Program-made: the position numbers and the translations under genes
The notes under the pieces: generated by a model
Database searches by the model: none
Told to the model about the DNA's origin: nothing
Seen by the model: only the letters and a program-made list of their open reading frames with translations
Part shown: one piece after another, positions 59,196-64,000 of the stretch
How the letters are laid out: every line of letters starts with the position of its first letter
Numbering within the stretch: the stretch's first letter is position 1
NCBI GenBank assembly: GCA_028681335.1
Contig: JAQUIT010000007.1
Coordinates: 950-64,949, forward strand
Source: Desulfuromonadaceae bacterium
GTDB lineage: Bacteria > Desulfobacterota > Desulfuromonadia > Geobacterales > Pseudopelobacteraceae
DNA length: 64,000 nucleotides
Direction: 5' to 3'

Positions 59196-59213
59196 ATGAC
59201 AAAAAGGTCCATT

Positions 59214-59600
59214 ATGCCAGATGATGCCTTTGCGGAACTGCTTTACAAGGACACCAGTTTTCAGATTATTGCTGCTGTCTATGAAGTACACAACGTTCTT
59301 GGCTATGGATTTTTGGAGGCTGTTTACCAAAAAGCGCTTGAAAAAGAACTTCGCTTAAGGGATCTAAAAGCCGAGGTACAGAAAGAGATAACAGTTACGT
59401 ATAAAAATGAAGATATTGGCTCGTACTATGCCGATATAATAGTAAACGATGAAATAATTCTAGAGCTGAAGGCTGTAGAAAATTTGACAAAAGCCCACGA
59501 ATCTCAACTACTGAATTACCTGAAGGGGACCGGACTAAAGCTTGGTTTTTTGATCAATTTTGGGAAAGAGAAAGCCATATATAAACGTATGGTATTGTGA
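59214..59600 (+). CDS. GxxExxY-family protein (PD-(D/E)xK-like fold)
   Basis: Signature GYGFLEAVYQKAL (G-x-x-E-x-x-Y), then ADIIVNDEIILELKAV...LLNYLK. ATG 59214 has a better SD spacing than 59196. AT-rich relative to its neighbours. Confidence 0.85.
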   Translation: MPDDAFAELLYKDTSFQIIAAVYEVHNVLGYGFLEAVYQKALEKELRLRDLKAEVQKEITVTYKNEDIGSYYADIIVNDEIILELKAVENLTKAHESQLLNYLKGTGLKLGFLINFGKEKAIYKRMVL

Positions 59601-59604
59601 TTTT

Positions 59605-59664
59605 TCCGTTTATAGTCGTGTTCGGCGGTTAAACAAAGAATCGAAATACTTTTGGCTGCGGGAT
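59605..59664. repeat. Half-elements of the palindromic family (right arm after GxxExxY, then a left-arm-like start)
   Basis: TCCGTTTATAGTCGTGTTCGGCGGTTAAA (59605-59633) parallels ATCCGTGTTTATCAGTGTCCATCCGTGGCTAAA. TTTTGGCTGCGGGAT (59650-59664) parallels TTTTGGCCACGGAT. Confidence 0.6.
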
Positions 59665-59720
59665 CTAGCGAAGAATTGATTCTTCGTTGATTTGAGCCGA
59701 CGTGATGTGGAGGAGATAGG

Positions 59721-60152
59721 GTGCCAACTCAACCGCTTGATGCAAATGTTGGTGTTTCTGATACGGTTTCAACAACTGTCCAGCAGTTGTCTGATATGCT
59801 TGTCAGCATCAATGGGATTGAGCTGGCGATCCTGATCGGTAGCCGGGCAACCGGCACTGCTGGCCCGGAGAGTGATTGGGATATTGCCATCCAGTGGAAA
59901 CGCGGAATGGATTTTATGCAGCAGCTCGCCGCCACCGAACAGCTTCGTAGAGCCGTTGCAAAAATGCTTGGTATCTCAGAGCAGGAAGTTGACCTGATTG
60001 ACCTCCCGACTGCCCGGCTTGCCATGCGGGCGGTGGTTGCTGAAGATGGAATCGCGCTAAAGGGAGAGGACAGTCTGGCCTGGCACCATTTTCTGCAGCG
60101 GACCTGGCGGGAGCTTGAAGAACAATATTGGGAGAAGACCTATGCGGCTTGA
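59721..60152 (+). CDS. MNT-type nucleotidyltransferase (type VII antitoxin-like)
   Basis: 143 aa. LAILIGSRATGTAGPESDWDIAIQW carries the GSxxxG...DxD nucleotidyltransferase motif. GTG start. Confidence 0.8.
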   Translation: MPTQPLDANVGVSDTVSTTVQQLSDMLVSINGIELAILIGSRATGTAGPESDWDIAIQWKRGMDFMQQLAATEQLRRAVAKMLGISEQEVDLIDLPTARLAMRAVVAEDGIALKGEDSLAWHHFLQRTWRELEEQYWEKTYAA

Positions 60153-60561
60153 TCTCTACCAGGCGGAAACCGCCCTCATTGCCCAGGACCAGACAGCCCT
60201 GCTGGATGAAGCCCGCGCAACAATGCTTGCAGGTGGTGCTCTGTCACGTTTGGAGCAAAACGGTGTCCTGCATGCGATCCAGGTATTGGTAGAAAATGCG
60301 ATCGGCAAGGCTAAGCAGCTGCTTAAGGCCGCAGGAAAGCACGTGCCGTTGTCTGCCTATGACGGTTTTCTCGGCGTGGCAGCGCTTGGTGCGGTGAAAA
60401 GCAGTGACCTGACCGCCTGGAATGCCGCCATCGGACTGCGTAACAGGATCGTTCATGACTACATGAATATTGACATGCTACGGGTACTGGAGTTGGTAAA
60501 AAACGAGCAGTATCGGTTTATTACAGACTTCCTGCTGGCACCAAATGACTTTCTGGAATAG
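60142..60561 (+). CDS. HEPN/DUF86 (HepT-like) toxin
   Basis: The R-x4-H HEPN motif lies in GLRNRIVHDYMNID. ATG 60142 overlaps the MNT stop by 11 nt. Confidence 0.8.
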   Translation: MRLDLYQAETALIAQDQTALLDEARATMLAGGALSRLEQNGVLHAIQVLVENAIGKAKQLLKAAGKHVPLSAYDGFLGVAALGAVKSSDLTAWNAAIGLRNRIVHDYMNIDMLRVLELVKNEQYRFITDFLLAPNDFLE

Positions 60562-60606
60562 GAAATAGATTGGATTAAAACCAGAAACGGCGGTTCCCCT
60601 AGAAGA

Positions 60607-60660
60607 GTTTTTATAGGTTTAGATTCCATCCGTGTTTATCTGTGTCCATCCGTGGCTAAA
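60607..60660. repeat. Right arm of the palindromic element family after the HEPN gene
   Basis: GTTTTTATAGGTTTAGATTCCATCCGTGTTTATCTGTGTCCATCCGTGGCTAAA is nearly identical to the right arm of the 142-bp units. Confidence 0.85.
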
Positions 60661-60705
60661 TAGTATGTTATACCAAAGTATCTGATTTATCGTGGAGTAG
60701 TTATA

Positions 60706-61926
60706 ATGTCCTGTCCTGAAAACAAAAACCTGGATCTACAAACCCCTCCGACTGAACCTGACGAAATAAACCTGCTCGACCTACTTCTTGTCCTGGCAAA
60801 AAACTGGAAGATGATTATTGGCGTGCCCTTTATCGTGGCGGTTATCACTGCCATCTTCAGTTTGTCCATGCCCAATATCTACACCGCCAAGGCAATGATC
60901 CTGCCGGGAGACGATAACAGCAGCGGGTTGATGAGTGCGATGATGGGTCAACTGGGTGGCCTGGCCGGTCTGGCAGGTGGTTTGGGTGGTGCCACCAAAG
61001 CGGACCTTTATGTGACCATGCTCAAAAGTGAATCGCTTAAAGACCCGATCATCGATCAATTTAAGTTGATGCAGCTGTATAAAGCCAAGTTTCGCGCCAA
61101 TGCCTACAAAACACTCGGCAGCAATGCGGCCATCAGCACCGGCAAAAAGGATGGTGTCATCACCATTGCGGTCTCCGACAAAGACCCTAAGCTGGCTGCG
61201 GCCATTGCCAATGCCTATGTGGATGAGTTGGGCAAAATGGCGGCAAAGTTGAGCATGTCCGGTGCCGGCAGGAGCAGGGTCTTCCTCGAAGAGCGTCTTA
61301 CCAAGGCCAAGGTTGATCTGGCGGCGGCGGAGGAAACACTGAAGAGTTTCCAGACGAGGAACAAGGTGGTGGCCGTCACCGATCAGGCCAAGGCGACGCT
61401 GGAAGGGGTGGCGCAGCTGCGTGCCCAGTTGGTTGCCCAGGAAGTGCAGATGGCAACCATGCGGCAGCAGTTCACCGATGAGAGCCAGGAGATCAGATCG
61501 ATCAAGGCTACCATCGCCAGTCTGCGCGGGCAGGTAGCCCGTCTGGAGGGGGGCGGTTCGGCAGGCTCCATGCCCGGCGTCGGCGCCATGCCGCAGTTGG
61601 GGCAGGAATACATGCGTCTGATGCGCGAGTTCAAGATCCAGGAAACGCTGGTGGAGCTGTTGACCAAGCAGTACGAGATGACCAAGCTGAATGAGGCCAA
61701 AGATGTGGTGCCGTTCCAGCTGTTGCAGTCGGCCAGGGTGCCGGAGCTGAAGAGCAAGCCGAAGCGGAGCAGGATTGTTATCATGGCTGCCTTTGCCAGC
61801 GGTTTTCTGATGGTGCTGGTTGCTTTTATGCGTGAGTTTGGTGCGAAGATGAATGACGAGGATCGTACGCGGTGGCAGGAGCTGAAGAGGGTGCTGCCAC
61901 TCCCGCGCCGGTTCAGGCAGGAATAA
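60706..61926 (+). CDS. Polysaccharide co-polymerase / chain-length determinant (Wzz + GNVR type, no kinase domain)
   Basis: 406 aa. N-terminal EINLLDLLLVLAKNWKMIIGVPFIVAVITAIF (Wzz TM1), a long coiled-coil periplasmic region and a C-terminal TM after KPKRSRIVIMAAF. Confidence 0.85.
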   Translation: MSCPENKNLDLQTPPTEPDEINLLDLLLVLAKNWKMIIGVPFIVAVITAIFSLSMPNIYTAKAMILPGDDNSSGLMSAMMGQLGGLAGLAGGLGGATKADLYVTMLKSESLKDPIIDQFKLMQLYKAKFRANAYKTLGSNAAISTGKKDGVITIAVSDKDPKLAAAIANAYVDELGKMAAKLSMSGAGRSRVFLEERLTKAKVDLAAAEETLKSFQTRNKVVAVTDQAKATLEGVAQLRAQLVAQEVQMATMRQQFTDESQEIRSIKATIASLRGQVARLEGGGSAGSMPGVGAMPQLGQEYMRLMREFKIQETLVELLTKQYEMTKLNEAKDVVPFQLLQSARVPELKSKPKRSRIVIMAAFASGFLMVLVAFMREFGAKMNDEDRTRWQELKRVLPLPRRFRQE

Positions 61927-61962
61927 CGAGAAGATGTTCGCGGCAGAACAAACTTCAAAGCC

Positions 61963-62055
61963 TTTAGCTTCAGGATTCCCCAGGATTTCGACGGATTACG
62001 GCAAAGACTTTTTGGTTTTAGAATCCCGGGTAATCGCAGTAATCCCGAGGCTAAC
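61963..62055. repeat. Complete diverged unit of the palindromic family after wzz
   Basis: TTTAGCTTCAGGATTCCCCAGGATTTCGACGGATTACGGCAAAGAC...GAATCCCGGGTAATCGCAGTAATCCCGAGGCTAAC. It has the same architecture, with the arm repeats changed on both arms (CAGGATT / AATCCCG). Confidence 0.75.
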
Positions 62056-62330
62056 AGACTTAAGGCCTTTGGGATCAAGGCAATAGGCAGAAGAGTTGAA
62101 GAGCAGAGAAATAATCAATCTGTACTGAGAGAAGAACCTGTCGCTTACAATAGTGGTTTTGACCACAAAAGAGACTTTTAAGCTCGAAAAACAGCTGTTT
62201 ATGGGGTGTAAAACTTTAAATATTAAATGGTTACCTTGGTCCGACCCCCAAGCAACGCATCCGGAGAGGACGACCATGGGGCAATTTAGTAAAGCAGCCT
62301 GTCCCATTTACTCTAAAGGATAATTACTAA

Positions 62331-63467
62331 ATGTTGAAAGTTCTGTCTGTTTTTGGTACCCGCCCTGAAGCAATCAAGATGGCTCCTGTCATCAAAGAGC
62401 TGGAAAAGTATCCCGATCTGTTCAAGAGCATTGTCTGTGTTACCGCTCAGCATCGCCAGATGCTCGATCAGGTGCTCAGTCTTTTCAATATCGTCCCCGA
62501 CTATGACCTGAATATCATGAAGCCGGGACAGGATCTTACCGATATAACCTGCAACGTCATACAGGGACTGAAACCTGTTCTCGAAAAAGAGCGCCCCGAT
62601 ATCGTTTTGGTACATGGTGATACTTCTACAACCATGGCTGCTTCGATAGCAGCTTATTACGCGAGAGTAAGGGTTGGGCATGTTGAAGCAGGGCTCCGGA
62701 CTGGCGATAAATTTGCTCCGTTTCCCGAGGAGATGAATAGGCGGGTTACGGGTTCTTTGACGGATCTTCATTTCGCACCGACTGGAGCCGCGCGGCAGAA
62801 TCTCCTCAGAGAAGGTGTTACAGACAGCACTATTTATGTCACAGGTAATACGGTAGTTGATGCACTTCTTTTAGTTTCAGAGATGCTCACCAAGAATCCT
62901 GAGCTTGACCGCAAATTTACTAATGAGTTCTCTTTTCTGGATCCAAGTAAAAAACTCATTCTTGTCACCGGCCATCGTAGAGAGAATTTTGGATCAGGTT
63001 TTGAAAATATCTGCTTCGCCCTTGTCGACATCGCCAGCAGGAACCCGGACGTGGAGATACTCTATCCAGTTCATCTGAATCCAAATGTTCAGGAACCGGT
63101 GCAACGGATTCTAGGTGCCGGGAATATAAGTAACGTGCATCTTATCGAACCGGTTGACTATCTACCATTTGTATATCTGATGAACCGATCATATCTGATC
63201 ATCACTGATTCCGGTGGGGTACAGGAGGAGGCACCGTCTCTCGGCAAACCGGTGCTGGTCATGCGCGACACGACTGAGAGGCCGGAGGCAGTCGAAGCGG
63301 GTACCGTCAAGCTGGTGGGAACGGATAAGGCAAAAATCGTTACTGAAACGCTGGCGCTCCTGTATGATCAAGCAGCCTATGATCATATGGCTAAGGCTCA
63401 TAACCCGTATGGGGATGGACAGGCCGCGTCACGGATCTGTCAGGTGCTTGGTAAAACCATTTTGTAA
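62331..63467 (+). CDS. wecB: UDP-N-acetylglucosamine 2-epimerase (non-hydrolysing)
   Basis: [28 protein letters not shown] and [20 protein letters not shown]. Confidence 0.95.
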   Translation: MLKVLSVFGTRPEAIKMAPVIKELEKYPDLFKSIVCVTAQHRQMLDQVLSLFNIVPDYDLNIMKPGQDLTDITCNVIQGLKPVLEKERPDIVLVHGDTSTTMAASIAAYYARVRVGHVEAGLRTGDKFAPFPEEMNRRVTGSLTDLHFAPTGAARQNLLREGVTDSTIYVTGNTVVDALLLVSEMLTKNPELDRKFTNEFSFLDPSKKLILVTGHRRENFGSGFENICFALVDIASRNPDVEILYPVHLNPNVQEPVQRILGAGNISNVHLIEPVDYLPFVYLMNRSYLIITDSGGVQEEAPSLGKPVLVMRDTTERPEAVEAGTVKLVGTDKAKIVTETLALLYDQAAYDHMAKAHNPYGDGQAASRICQVLGKTIL

Positions 63468-63568
63468 CCGCCGATAGGCGTAGAGAAACCAAGATAAGGG
63501 GTTAATTTCTACCCAAAAACAGTTTTTGAACTTTTCGGCGTGCATCCGCTTTTATCGGCGGTTACAAA
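63461..63568. repeat. Complete diverged unit of the palindromic family spanning the wecB stop
   Basis: TTTGTAACCGCCGATA (63461-63476, containing the wecB TAA) and TATCGGCGGTTACAAA (63553-63568) are 16/16 complementary across a 76-bp loop. The right arm CTTTTCGGCGTGCATCCGCTTTTATCGGCGGTTACAAA parallels the array's right arm. Confidence 0.8.
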
Positions 63569-63592
63569 TAGTTTTTAAGGAAGGTGTCTTAC

Positions 63593-64000
63593 ATGCAATT
63601 CGAAACAATCTCCGTTATCGGCCTCGGTTACATCGGCCTACCAACTGCGGCAGTCTTTGCTTCACGCAAGAAAAAGGTGATCGGTGTTGATGTTAACCAG
63701 CACGCTGTTGATACGATAAACCAGGGTAGAATCCACATCATTGAACCCGACCTGGATATGGTCGTGCAGGCAGCAGTGTCGCAAGGTTATTTGCGTGCCA
63801 CGAGCACCCCCGAATCTGCCGATGCTTTTCTGATTGCTGTACCAACTCCATTCAAGGATGGCCACCACCCCGATTTGAGTTACATAGAAGCGGCGAGCAA
63901 AGCTATTGCACCGGTGCTAAAAAAGGGCGATCTGGTTATCTTGGAATCCACATCGCCGGTCGGCGCTACCGAGCAGATGGCTGATTGGTTAGCTGAGGTT
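63593..64000 (+). CDS. wecC: UDP-N-acetyl-D-mannosamine dehydrogenase (UDP-glucose/GDP-mannose dehydrogenase family), N-terminal 136 aa only
   Basis: Not in the ORF track because it runs off the window. ATG 63593 gives MQFETISVIGLGYIGLPTAAVFASRKKKVIGVDVNQHAVDTINQGRIHIIEPDL...FLIAVPTPF. Confidence 0.85.
   Translation, partial: MQFETISVIGLGYIGLPTAAVFASRKKKVIGVDVNQHAVDTINQGRIHIIEPDLDMVVQAAVSQGYLRATSTPESADAFLIAVPTPFKDGHHPDLSYIEAASKAIAPVLKKGDLVILESTSPVGATEQMADWLAEV

Noticed and set aside
61996-62307. 103-aa minus-strand ORF between wzz and wecB
   Set aside because: It runs opposite to the operon and spans the palindromic element. It has no start context or motif. The 404-bp spacer is better explained as a non-coding element plus the wecB promoter region.
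58437-63568. Integron attC sites / gene cassettes
   Set aside because: An imperfect-palindrome-plus-small-gene layout is reminiscent of cassettes. However, the element ends (TTTAGCC / GGCTAAA) do not match the RYYYAAC / GTTRRRY core sites, no intI integrase or attI is present, and biosynthetic genes (wzz, wecB) are interleaved. I kept it only as a loose analogy.

Overview
This 64-kb window spans the chromosomal replication origin of a Geobacter/Desulfuromonas-like deltaproteobacterium; the taxon is inferred only from gene content and order. (1) nt 1-19,000 is a conventional origin neighbourhood. Upstream on the minus strand are a pseudopilin fragment, rnd, a futalosine-pathway radical SAM, a thioesterase, rsmG, mnmG, mnmE, yidC, yidD, rnpA and rpmH. 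A DnaA-box-rich spacer follows, then dnaA, dnaN, recF, gyrB and gyrA on the plus strand. The yidC-to-dnaN segment is visibly AT-richer (about 40% GC in spot counts) than its flanks. (2) nt 19,000-36,900 is the most unusual block. A PagL-like outer-membrane lipid A deacylase is followed by a roughly 16.7-kb, tightly packed, GC-rich (about 60%) plus-strand cluster. It combines three radical SAM enzymes (two cobalamin-domain class B, one SPASM-type), a SAM methyltransferase, a CE4 deacetylase and a GT2. It also carries an LpxL-like acyltransferase, a private type II FAS/PKS set (ACP, FabD-like AT, hotdog thioesterase, FabG-like KR, KS, His-less KS partner, FabZ-like DH, no enoyl reductase) and a LolA-like/lipoprotein/MMPL export module. 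It looks like aryl-polyene-family machinery without an aryl starter and with added radical chemistry; the product is unknown. (3) nt 36,900-40,200 holds an orphan 529-aa protein, gpsA and ispF. (4) nt 40,200-51,000 holds a two-partner secretion pair (TpsB plus a 2337-aa TpsA full of near-identical 180-bp and roughly 400-bp repeats carrying isolated RTX-like GGxGxD motifs). Two FlgO-family lipoproteins follow it. (5) nt 51,000-58,400 is housekeeping: cbpA-like dnaJ, hemY-type oxidase, radC, uppP, DUF47-Pit and gmd, interspersed with G/C-tract palindromic repeats. (6) nt 58,400-64,000 is a surface-polysaccharide locus (wzz-like, wecB, wecC fragment). Every gene boundary there carries a member of one palindromic element family, including a five-copy 142-bp tandem array. 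A GxxExxY gene and an MNT/HEPN toxin-antitoxin pair sit between element arms. I saw no rRNA, tRNA, CRISPR array or transposase.
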